The notes under the pieces were generated by a model. It worked only from the letters and a program-made list of their open reading frames with translations, did no database searches and was not told the origin of the DNA. A DNA stretch of 64,000 bases, taken from assembly GCA_951804945.1 (NCBI GenBank), contig OX638154.1, positions 67,642,001 to 67,706,000 of the forward strand, given 5' to 3'. Of the stretch, positions 40,146 to 50,581 are shown piece after piece. How positions within the stretch are numbered: position 1 is the first letter of the stretch; the number at the start of each line of letters is the position of its first letter. Made by a program: the position numbers and the translations under genes. The DNA comes from Podarcis cretensis. Taxonomy: Eukaryota.

Positions 40146-40671
40146 GTAAGTCCTGCCTGGCAGATTGAAAACTTATACCAATGTCGAAAAAGGATTTGCC
40201 ATTGTTGAGTTGTTTACTGTACAAATAAGTAATTTGCTGAAGGCTATTGAAATGTGTCCATAGCAGGGACAGGACTCAAACTCATGATTTTTGGATCAAA
40301 GTCAGTGTCCACTAGGCCATGTTGACTCTTTTGCCATGTTCCATATGTTATACTTTCAGCTCCTCACTCCATTGAGAGGCCTTGAATGTGACAGTGAAGT
40401 GTGTTCTGAATCTGAGCCACTGGGTAAGCTGTCAAAGAATAACTTAGCTCCATATGTGAGGGAAAATGGCTGTGTGTGCCTTGCCAAACCTTTAGACATT
40501 TGTTCACTCTATCAGTTTCAGACTCTCAATTTTTCTTACTTTTGTTACTTAAGCTAGATATTGTGGTTTCCTCAGAGAAACAACAGCCCTCACTTCTGTT
40601 GTTGCTTTAAACAGTGCACTGATTTTGCTGCAAACCAAGTTACAGGGAAGCCAAATGCCACTCCTATAGTA

Positions 40672-41015
40672 AAGGTAAAGGTAAAGGGACCCCTGACCAT
40701 TAGGTCCCGTCGCGGACGACTCTGGGGTTGCGGTGCTCATCTCGCTTTACTAGCTGAGTACAGCTTCCGGGTCATGTGGGCAGCATGACTAAGCCACTTC
40801 TGGCGAACCAGAGCAGCACCCGGAAACGCCGTTTACCTTCCCGCCGGAGTGGTACCTGCTTATCTACTTGCACTTTGTGCTTTTGAACTGCTAGGTTGGC
40901 AGGAGCAGGGACCGAGCAATGGGAGCTCACCCCATCGCGGGGATTTGAACCACCAACCTTCTGATCGGCAAGCCCTAGGCTCTGTGGTTTAACCCACAGC
41001 GCCACTCGCATCCCT
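40672..41015 (-). mobile_element. Sauria SINE (lacertid-type), full length
   Basis: Minus strand begins GGGATGCGAGTGGCGCTGTGGGTTAAACCACAGAGCCTAGGGCTTGCCGATCAGAAGG, B box GGTTCAAATCC, (ACCTTT)n tail; 13-bp TSD CACTCCTATAGTA at 40659-40671 and 41016-41028. Confidence 0.95.
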
Positions 41016-42419
41016 CACTCCTATAGTACACAAATGTAAAACTTTACTTGGAACCAGGGAGGTTTATTCCTAAAATATCAACTGTTTACATGCTGTGCAC
41101 CACCAGTGTATTGCTATAACATATTTCTAGCCTGACAAGCCTCTAATGACACTTAGATCTTAGTTGATCTTGAGAAACAAAGTATTTCTAGCACAAGATT
41201 ATCTCAATTTTGAACTACTTAGTGGTGGGGAAAAGCGATCAGGACTGAGCTGCAAACAGGTCTGTGATGCAAATAACCAAAGCATTTAAAATCAGTCATT
41301 AATATTAGTTGATAGAAGAGGCTAAAACCAACCTCTGTTAAGGAGCTAATGTCCACCAACCTGTCACATTCCAAAACAGATTCCCTGTTTACCTAATCTG
41401 AACACAGAATAACTTCTGAAACAGGCTGTCAAAACCTGGCTATTGTTCTTGACACCATGATGGTGTGAACGTGAAGAAAAATTTGTTCTTTTTTGCAGAC
41501 CCTCATTATGGAAATATTTATATGTTTAAGGCAGTATGAACTTTCCTTCTTTCTGAATAATTGTTGTGCATAAATAATGCCTTTTCATTTTTATGATTGT
41601 GGAGGTGCTCAGAAACTGACAGCTTTTTCCAATACTTCATTAGCACTTTTCAAAGCTGCATTATGTATACAGAGTCAGCTGAAAGGAAGATTTAAACTAT
41701 GTTTATAGGGATGCCAACCAGCAACCAAATGTGAAAAGGATTTCCCCCCTTTGTGACTGTGAATTCCAGCACACTATTGAGTTGCCTTGAAGTTTAAAAC
41801 CTAATAGAAAATCTTACAACATCGTTTAATTAGTAAATAGCTGGGAAAGGAATCCTTGTAGATTCCATTAAAATAAAAGAGTTCATTCTGGTCTGATAAA
41901 ATGCACTGAGCAGCTCTAAATAGCATTTAATTAGCTGGCACCAAAGCTGCTCCACCCTCAGGGATGCGTAAAATTAATGAAGGTTAGAAGCAAAGAGATC
42001 AATGCTACCATACACCACAGCCTTACGTGGAGGTGATGTGGAGGAAGGGAGTGTCTTGGTGGCGAGGCTCCTTTTGGAAACCATTTGCCCTTAAAAAACA
42101 GAAAGTCACTTTCACAGAAGCAATGCTTAAAATGAGCATCAAGCAACATTGCTGTGGGCTAGGCTGGTCTAATTTGAGCCAGCTTGCAACCCCCCTCACT
42201 GTTTATCCTGAACAGCCCACATTAGCAGTGGTGCAGTGCCTTAAGCAAAAACTGTGTTGCAATCTGCTGTCAGGCCCAGTACCTTGACTAGTGTGCCTCT
42301 GTTTAATTATTACACCACCCGCAATACTGACTACCCAGTCAATGATCAACACGTGGCGCTGGTTGGTAATACTGTGTTCAGAACCTTGTATTATGCAATC
42401 ATACTGCTTAGTCAGATGT

Positions 42420-42582
42420 TGCTGAGATGTTTTGCTTTGCTTTGTTTTAAAAGATGGCTATAAACAACATAGTTACAGTATAGGCCTTCTAAAATTCTTA
42501 TAAATAATTTTACACTACTTTTTATGTTGTGAACTGCCCTGAGATTTACGGATGAAGAATGGTATACAAATTTAATAATAAT
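42420..42582 (+). mobile_element. L2-type 3' UTR/tail remnant
   Basis: TTGTGAACTGCCCTGAGAT...GGTATACAAATTTAATAATAAT is the reverse complement of the tail type at 25286-25350. Confidence 0.55.
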
Positions 42583-43246
42583 TAAAAGATACTTAACTGA
42601 TCATCAGCATACCTCAGAGTTGGCATTCACATCAGCTTCTCAAATCAGATGGGGGACCCACCAGATTACAGGTAGCTCAAATGCAGCAGACCAGTTGCTC
42701 TGATGAGCTTCAGAGGTCAACCAAGCTGCAGTCTCTAACAGCTGTTCTCAGCTATATCCCCAAACTCATGGGCAAACAGTGGTTAAACAGGCTATGCTTT
42801 GGCCTAGAGCTGTAGACTCCCAAGGCACAACACATCTCTTTAGCAATTATTCAATATAAGGATTTGATGAATGAGTAGAGTTGGAAAGGTTGGTTGGTGG
42901 ATGAGTTGATTCCTTAGTAAGGTCCAGGTTGCTTACTCAGGTGGAGTAAACCATTAGTTCAGGATGCAGGCCCAAGCATGGAATTGTTATACAGATATTT
43001 GTGATCTTCTGCTCCTCATTCAGGGCTACTGTTTCCTTTAGGACATGCCTGTTCCCTTATGCCACCAATTCTGGGCTAGTGTCTTAAGTCACCACATATG
43101 ATGGAAATTTCTGAGACTAGCATTGTTCATGTATTATACTGATACTTATTTTTAAAAAAATAAATAATTTTTGGAGCCAAAGGGCTTCCAAGGTGGTTCA
43201 CAGTATATATCATAATGCGATAAAAACCAGCATCAGAAGAGTAGAA

Positions 43247-43366
43247 GCGTTGTAGTCACCTATGTTATCCTCAGAGCAGACCCACTGAAGTGAATGGACC
43301 TAAGCTAGTCATGTCCATGAATTTCAGAGGGTCTACTCTGAGTAGATCTAGCATTGAATACTACCC
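43247..43366. repeat. Short palindromic interspersed repeat (MITE-like)
   Basis: Arms CTCAGAGCAGACCCACTGAAGTGAATGGAC (43270-43299) and GTCCATGAATTTCAGAGGGTCTACTCTGAG (43313-43342). Confidence 0.7.
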
Positions 43367-44450
43367 CTGGAGTTACTAAACTGTTAAAAACTTGTCAAAA
43401 GCTGGCAGAATAAAAATGTTTTGGCTGCCCACCAACTACCAAAAATGGAGCTATTTGAATTTCCCCTTGCAGATAATCCCTTAGCAGTGGAACATACCAC
43501 GTCACCATTTAGCCTCATCACTGTGGTCCCAATCCTGGTACAAGGGGTTCTGTCACCCTACTCTTGTTCTGTGCCTTCTATGTATTCATTTCCATTGTTC
43601 TCAGTTATGGTATGTTGCCATTACAAGGATATAAATAATATTTGCTGCTGCTTACTCCAGTATAACCCAAGATGCACCAAGATTTGCATGGGGGCAGAAT
43701 TAGTATTCTGTGCAAGACATCAACTCTGGTCCACCTTTGGAAATAAGGAATGGACAAAATGAATCCAGTAAGCAAGTTGCATAATTTGAAAGGTGGTTAG
43801 TATTTTAGATAGATCCGAAGGCAACAAATTGCTTTTGAGCTTCACACGGCGGAGTCCTTAGTCTCCTCAGTATGTGCACCAGATGGTGCAACATATTAGG
43901 CTTTGAAAGTGATGTTTTATCATTTGAGGCAGAGAAATGCATCATGCTGCTCACTGACTTCTAAGTCAGGATGCAAGGATATGGAATTGCTGAACCTGAG
44001 ACTTTGATCAGCTTCCTTGATGCAGTTGGCTTGTTACCATGACAATACATGTAATCCATGTAATCTGTGCTATAAAACAGACCGCTCCCACGCTGCCGGG
44101 AAACCTATCCCCCAGGGTCTCCCCCCTGGGATTTTTGGGGGGTGCAGTGCCCTTGCAGCTCCCCCAAGCCTCCGTGTTGATCAGAAAGTCCTTGCAGGGA
44201 CTTTCTGCGCTTCTTCACCGATCGCGATCCAAACCGGAAGCCCTATAAAACTGATTATTCCAAAGTAACTTTGTTGAGAGTCAATAATTTATGAGATCCT
44301 TTTACCATTGGTTGTGATTCTGTCTGCTTGCGAAGATGAGACTGACACAGATCAGTCACCTTCCTTCCATATCTCTTCATTTATTATATTTATAACTTCA
44401 TTTACTAGTTTTATAATGTTTCTGAGCACAATTCAATGTGTTTCTTCTGA

Positions 44451-44792
44451 CCTTGGGCCAGTATACCTGAAGGAGCATCTCCACCCCCATCGTTCAGCCT
44501 GGACACTGAAGTCCACCTCTGAGGGCCTTCTGGTGGTTCCCTCACTGCAATAAGTGAAGTTACAGGGAAACAGACAGAAGGCCTTCTCAGCAGTGGCACC
44601 CTCCCTGTGGAATTCCCTCCCATCAGATGTCAAGGAGATAAAGAACTACTCAACTTTTAGAAGACATCTGAAGGCAGCCCTTATTGGGAAGTTTTTGATG
44701 TTTGGCGTTTTGTTATGTTTTTATATGTGCAGGAAGCTGCCCAGAGTGGGTGGAGAAACTCAACCAGAGTATAAATACTCATTCACTCATTC
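44451..44792 (+). mobile_element. L2 LINE 3' fragment
   Basis: Encodes LGPVYLKEHLHPHRSAWTLKSTSEGLLVVP and AFSAVAPSLWNSLPSDVKEIKNYSTFRRHLKAAL (L2 ORF2 end), then 3' UTR. Confidence 0.88.
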
Positions 44793-45093
44793 ATGATAGC
44801 ATGCATAAGATTCTCAAGTGGTCACTTATTCAGTTGCTTATCTGACCTGGACCTCCATATTGTCACTATAAAGTTGCTGCATCAGGGATATTGCTAGGGA
44901 ATGGGGTCCCAGGGCATGGGGAAAATCTTTATTCAGATTGCCCCAAGTATTTCCAGGGGGTATAAATTTAATTGGGGTGTGTGATTTTGATTACTGGGTG
45001 AATATTAATTTGGTGGGATAAAATACATTTAGGTGATTTTATCTAGAGATTGTTTGTGGGGGCCCCAGGAATGGGCTTAATGTCAATACTGCT

Positions 45094-45459
45094 GGGGACG
45101 CAGGTGGCGCTGTGGGTTAAAGCCTCAGCGCCTAGGACTTGCCGATCGAAAGGTCAGCGGTTCGAATCCCTGCGGCGGGGTGCGCTCCCGCTGCTCGGTC
45201 CCAGCGCCTGCCAACCTAGCAGTTCGAAAGCACCTCCGGGTGCAAGTAGATAAATAGGGACCGCTTACCAGCGGGAAGGTAAACGGCGTTTCCGTGTGCG
45301 GCTCTGGCTCGCCAGAGCAGCGATGTCACGCTGGCCACGTGACCCGGAAGTGTCTCCAGACAGCGCTGGCCCCTGGCCTCTTAAGTGAGATGGGCGCACA
45401 ACCCCAGAGTCTGTCAAGACTGGCCCGTACGGGCAGGGGTACCTTTACCTTTATCTTTA
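45094..45459 (+). mobile_element. Sauria SINE, CpG-rich young variant
   Basis: GGGACGCAGGTGGCGCTGTGGGTTAAA head, B box GGTTCGAATCC, body GCCAACCTAGCAGTTCGAAAGCAC, (ACCTTT)n tail; no clear TSD. Confidence 0.93.
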
Positions 45460-45666
45460 AGATATGCTAAAATGGCTTATATACATGAGCTTCACAGTGT
45501 CTTAAACTTTGAAGCTCTTTGCATGAGGTCTTCTACAGTGCTAATGCAAATCAGCTCTCAGATCGGCTTCCCTAGGCAGCACGGACAAGGATCTGCTTTA
45601 ATTTGTTATCTGAACCATACGAATGTACATTTCCATGCAAATTTAAACAGCTGCCCTGCAAATATT

Positions 45667-45952
45667 GTTGTTTAGTTTTCTTAGTTGTGTTCGACTCTCC
45701 GTGACCCCATGAACCAGAGCATGCCTTGGAAACTCTCACTTTCTTCTCAAAGGTTCTCCTTTTTTATTTACATGCCGTTTTCTTGGCAAAATACTGGAGT
45801 GGTTTGCCAGCTCCTTCTCCAGGTGGATCACATTTAGTCTAAACTCTCAGCTATGACCTGTCCATCTTGGGTGGCCCTGCACAGCATAACTCATAGCTTC
45901 TTGGAGTTATTCAAGCGCCTTCACCACAACAAGGCAGTGATCCATGAAGGGA
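45667..45952 (-). mobile_element. Non-autonomous bipartite Bov-B/RTE derivative (5' UTR joined to 3' tail)
   Basis: 11-bp TSD CTGCAAATATT at 45656-45666 and 45953-45963. The left ~60 bp match the Bov-B 3' end at 16657-16720. The right ~180 bp read GGATCACTGCCTTGTTGTGGTGAAGG...GGGCCACCCAAGATGGACAGGTCATAG...CTGGAGAAGG...GGCAAACCACTCCAGTAT on the minus strand, which I recognise as Bov-B 5' UTR. Confidence 0.85.
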
Positions 45953-46321
45953 CTGCAAATATTAGTAGAATAATATAACTTGTGAGTTGGCGTACTAGGG
46001 TACACCTAATAGGCACATTTAAGCTCATGGAGTGGCAGAGATCCAACCAAGAGCAGGGAATTGTTAAAGTATCCTTTGTAGTGGTAAAAATCTTGAACTT
46101 TGGTTTGCTTTTATTTCCCCCCCCCCCCATCTTCCTGTAGCAAGAGCAACAGTAAAATAGGTTTGTATGAATTGTACAAATAATTGTGAAAATAACTCAT
46201 GGGTTATTTTAAAAACAGAATAGTATCACATATTATTTTTATGAAGTCAAAAAGTACTGTTGGGGTGGGGTGGGGTGGGGTGAATCCATAACCTAAATCT
46301 ATCAGATTAAAAATTGTTTTC

Positions 46322-46323
<2 letters not shown>

Positions 46324-46360
<37 letters not shown>

Positions 46361-46369
46361 CGCGTGTGC
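46324..46369. repeat. (GT)n(GC)n compound microsatellite
   Basis: Direct reading; (GGGGT)4 lies just upstream at 46262-46281. Confidence 0.95.
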
Positions 46370-46904
46370 TCTGGTATACTGTGGTAAATTCATGGCTTTG
46401 TGACTTCGACAAGGTCCACTTTATAAATTGGGAGCACCCCCAAACTTTTACTGTGAGCATTCCCTGAACTATTCATTGCCCATCTCTGTTCTTTCTTTTT
46501 TTATAAAGCAATTCTTTCAGAAAAGGTTAATGGTTTTGTCCATCTTCATTCATGGAATGACTAATAGCCCCTTTGTCAGTTAAGAGTTCTTTATTGGCTG
46601 AAAAAACAAAGGGTATGAAGCACAAAATGTTAATGAAATAAATAGATTTTTCATTATAAAACACTTAAAGCTCATCCTGTAACACTCCTGAATGCAAGAA
46701 AGATTCCTGATAGCAAGTGTCTGGTGGAATGCTAGGGGGTGGGAGCAGGGAGGGAGAAAGAGAATGGTATTTGTACTGCCTTCTAACAGTCCAGAATCAA
46801 CTGGTGAAGTACTAAGTCCAGAATTGGACTAGATTTTATCCAGATGTTTTATTATTAAGTGCATTTAAGTGCACCTCAAGCACTGCCTTTCCCCATTGTG
46901 ATTA

Positions 46905-47100
46905 TAATCTGAGACCCTTCTTCATGTGTCCCCCTCCACCAGAGGTCCAAAGGGTGGCAACACAAGAACAGGCCTTTTCAGCAGTGGCTCCCAGCTTGTA
47001 GAATGCTCTCCCTAGAGAGGCTTGCCTAATGACTTCACTGCATATCTTTAGGCTCCAGGTGAAAACATTCCTCTTCTTCCAAGCCTTTGGCTAATTAAAT
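46905..47100 (+). mobile_element. L2 LINE ORF2 3' fragment
   Basis: GGCCTTTTCAGCAGTGGCTCCCAGCTTGTAGAATGCTCTCCC (AFSAVAPSL*NALP), similar to the reverse complement of 25455-25570. Confidence 0.75.
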
Positions 47101-47851
47101 AATACATTTTTGTAGGGAAGTGATGGCTGCTTAAAGTGGTATTATATTGCTGTACATGTATAGTGCAGATGGGGCCTTGGTTAAAAAATTTGGAAAGTTG
47201 TGTTACGCACAGAGAAAAGGCCAGAGATGAATATGGCAGATGTGTGGTGCCTATTGAAAATGTTTGGAGCCCAAGAACATGTAGAACAGCCCTCCACAAT
47301 GGGTGACTCAATGGGTCGCCATATATCATGGCCAGCAAGGAGCTTGAAACCCCTACTCCTCAACTGTTCTGATAAAATCAGAAGCACAGTGCCCCCAAAC
47401 ACATATTTTTGGGTACCACAATCTCACCCCCCAAAAGCACTTATAGCAGATGGTATCTATAGGAGACCATCTGCTGTAGAGCATAGTGATTTGTTGGGCA
47501 TATGATACTTTAGTTCTTGTTGGGAAAGTTCATATAAAGCTGTCTCAGGTTTGTATATTCTCATCCTCACCCACCAGCAACCTACAATTTCTGTTAGAAT
47601 ATTATAATAGTAATACTTACTTTCCGGGTGTTACAAACATTTACCCATTCTACAAAGTCTCCTCAGGATAAATGATCCCATCAAATTGGGTGACAATTAA
47701 ATGATTATATCTGCATAACTGATAAACACAGAGGTTACCATTAGCATTTTCCATCATTTTTTTAATTATTATTATTTAAATCCTAGCTTTAACTTGGCCA
47801 CACTAAACCAGATCAGGCTCAAATTCATTATGATACGAAGCACTTATAGAT

Positions 47852-47930
47852 CAATCCTGTACATGTCACCTCAGCAATAAGTCTCATTGAGTTCAATGGA
47901 ATTTACTTCTAGGTACATGTGCATTAGGAC
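47852..47930. repeat. Short palindromic interspersed repeat (same family as 19325-19406)
   Basis: AATCCTGTACATG...TAAGTCTCATTGAGTTCAATGGAATTTAC...CATGTGCATTAGGA. Confidence 0.6.
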
Positions 47931-50191
47931 AACAACTTCATCTGCCTAATCCAGTCTGTCTCGTTTCTGTTTATGCGCAGATCAGGTTTTCTCCATGTAT
48001 AAATACAGTCTTGCTTGTTAATTCATATCTCCTTCTCTGTCCATAGTATTGACAAATACACCATGACCCTAGTTTTAATACAGACCCATTAATAATTTGG
48101 CCTCTGTGGGTGGGTGGATTATTACAGGAGGCCTTAGAAATAATTGCCCACTAATGTGAAAAAGCAGAAATATGTACAGTATTATATTGCTCATAATGTA
48201 ATCATTAAAATAACAATTATGTGATAATGAAAGGATTCATTATGCTTAAGTTTATCTTTACATAATGTTAATAGCTAACGAAAACTGCAAAGATTATATC
48301 TAATTAAATTGAACAACATTACCAAAGCCTTCTTTGTAGAAAGGCGATCTTTAGCACAGAATTTTACATTCACGCGGAGTGTAGTTCAAGTCCATTTTTC
48401 ACGTATTCAGAAATGTGACCATTTTATAATCAACTGTAACTGATTCTTTCCCATTAAATGAATTGGAAATGCATTCACTCAGGACAAATCCATTAAATGT
48501 ACTTGAAATTATGTTGATGTGAAGTCCCTGAATAAATGAGAAATAGAAAATTACACAATAATGTGGGCTATTATTATTATAATTATTATGGCCTGTCATT
48601 CTGGAATGGCTGCTGAGACCTGGTGTTGATTGCAAATAGTTCTTCAGAGGTCAGATGGCACCAACAAGAGGGCATTAACTGATGGAGCATTTCATTCATG
48701 CAGCCTGAGGTTCTCAAGTGTTGCTTGTACAGCAATCATCCAACAGCGAGTTCTCAGACAAGACCCCAGTTTCCCTCTGAGATAAGGAACTACCCAGAGA
48801 ATTCTAATATTCTTCAGGAAACCATTTATCTCTTACCACATGCTTCATACCTACCAGCTTGTAGTTAAATGCCTGCAGCCCTGAGACACTTTTCCAAGGC
48901 CTCTGATTTCCCCCAAGGTTTCCGTTTATTTCTCTTTCCTGGAAAATCTCAGAAAAACTTGTTCCTTCAGAGGGTGTTCAACTCCTCCCAGAACAGCTAA
49001 CTCACCTGTCTCTGTATAACTTTGTGAGCAGAAACTTGTTCCAATGCATGAATTCTTGTTCCTTGCATCAAGCAGAGCACCTTATAACATCTCCAGTGTG
49101 AACAGCTAATGATTAGAACTCATCAGAATAACTCATGGAAACATTTCAATAAATAATAGGTTGTTAGGTAGGTATGTGCACTGTAGCTGATAGTGCTCTA
49201 ATGACCTCCCTGGTGATGGGAGGAACTGATTTCCCTGGGATGATTATGATTGTCGGAGACCATAACTACAGTTTACAACATTGATTCTTTTAAAAATTAA
49301 TGTAGCATGAGTGAATGGGCTTTGTAGCAACCAGATTTCTTTCTGTTATTTGGAGAGGGAAACAGTGGCTGCTTTTATTTTCAATCAAAGGAACTAAAAA
49401 AACAGTCCAGATTTTATTAAACAATTACACTACGGAGTTATCTGTAAGGCATTCTATGGGTTGCACCCAATATGCCATTTTAAAAATCAAGGATGTATAT
49501 ACTCTGTATGAGATCCTATTTGGATAATTGAGTAAGTGGCCAGATTTCCAAAAGAGTTGCATAGACATGTATTATATTGGGGAAAACGAATCATACATTA
49601 TGTGGAGTACCTGGGAAAATAAAACTCTGATTTCTCTTTAAAAAAAATAATCCTGTCTGTATTGTATTGTATTGTATTGTATTGTTTGTTCTCGTATTTG
49701 TTAATGCTTCAAAGCTTTGCAATGCATTATTCGTGTCCTAAAATTCAAACAAAGAAAAATGTGAAAATATGCTAACGGAACTGGCTTCATGCCAATAGTC
49801 CCATTTTTACTGCTTCCCAGTGTTGCAAGTAATGAAGATTCCTAAAAGCTCAGCAACATCATTTCTTATTTGCATGAGAGGTTGAGAGAAGCAGTGGCAG
49901 CAAGATGCCCCCACTTTACACTTCGCTTGCTTAGTTATACTTGATTTTCTGTACAAAGAACTAAAGTGATATTTTCTTGTCTTGACTTAATTATTAAAGA
50001 ATCATTCCAGATGGAAATATTTAGAATTATGATAATTCTTTCTGGGTAGACTCAGACACAACTGTTCTCTTTCCAAGAGTATTTGTGGCTGAAGTGCAGG
50101 AAAACTTATTACAGTTCAGTTACTGCATCAGAAATGTATCTAAAATAATAAGAGCTAGAAACTCTGTATTTGTCCCATTCATGGCCCATCT

Positions 50192-50581
50192 CATAGCCTC
50201 CAACATTTCTACAATGAAGATAGGGATGCCCCATTCCATAATAATAATAATAATGCTAATAGTAATAATAGTAGTAATAATTTTACTGTTTATAATCTGC
50301 CCATCTGACTGGTTTGCTCCTGCCACTTTGGGTGTCTTCCAACATATATAGAAACATAATAAAAAATTTAACAGGGCTGCCTTCAGGTATCTTCTAAAGG
50401 TTGTATAGTTACTTATCTCCTTGGTTTGGGGGTTGCATAACTCCATACCCTCCGACATTTCTCCGATGAAAATAGGGACATCCTAAGGAAAAGCGGGACA
50501 TTGCAGGATTAAATCAGAAATCGGGACAGCTTCTGTAAACCTGGGACTGTCCCTGGAAAATAGGAACAATTGGAGGATCTG
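50192..50581. mobile_element. Composite non-autonomous DNA transposon with duplicated left end and an internal L2 tail
   Basis: Left end CATAGCCTCCAACATTTCT...ATAGGGA is repeated at 50444 (CATACCCTCCGACATTTCT...ATAGGGA). Right end TTGGAGGATCTG. GGGAC subterminal repeats. CCATCT on both flanks (50186-50191, 50582-50587). Minus-strand L2 3' piece at ~50238-50423. Confidence 0.7.

Noticed and set aside
39778-40224. 148-aa antisense ORF
   Set aside because: Shadow frame opposite a real exon; no recognisable motif.
45094-45175. tRNA gene
   Set aside because: The A/B boxes belong to a SINE head (likewise at 5933 and 40672-41015); no complete cloverleaf.
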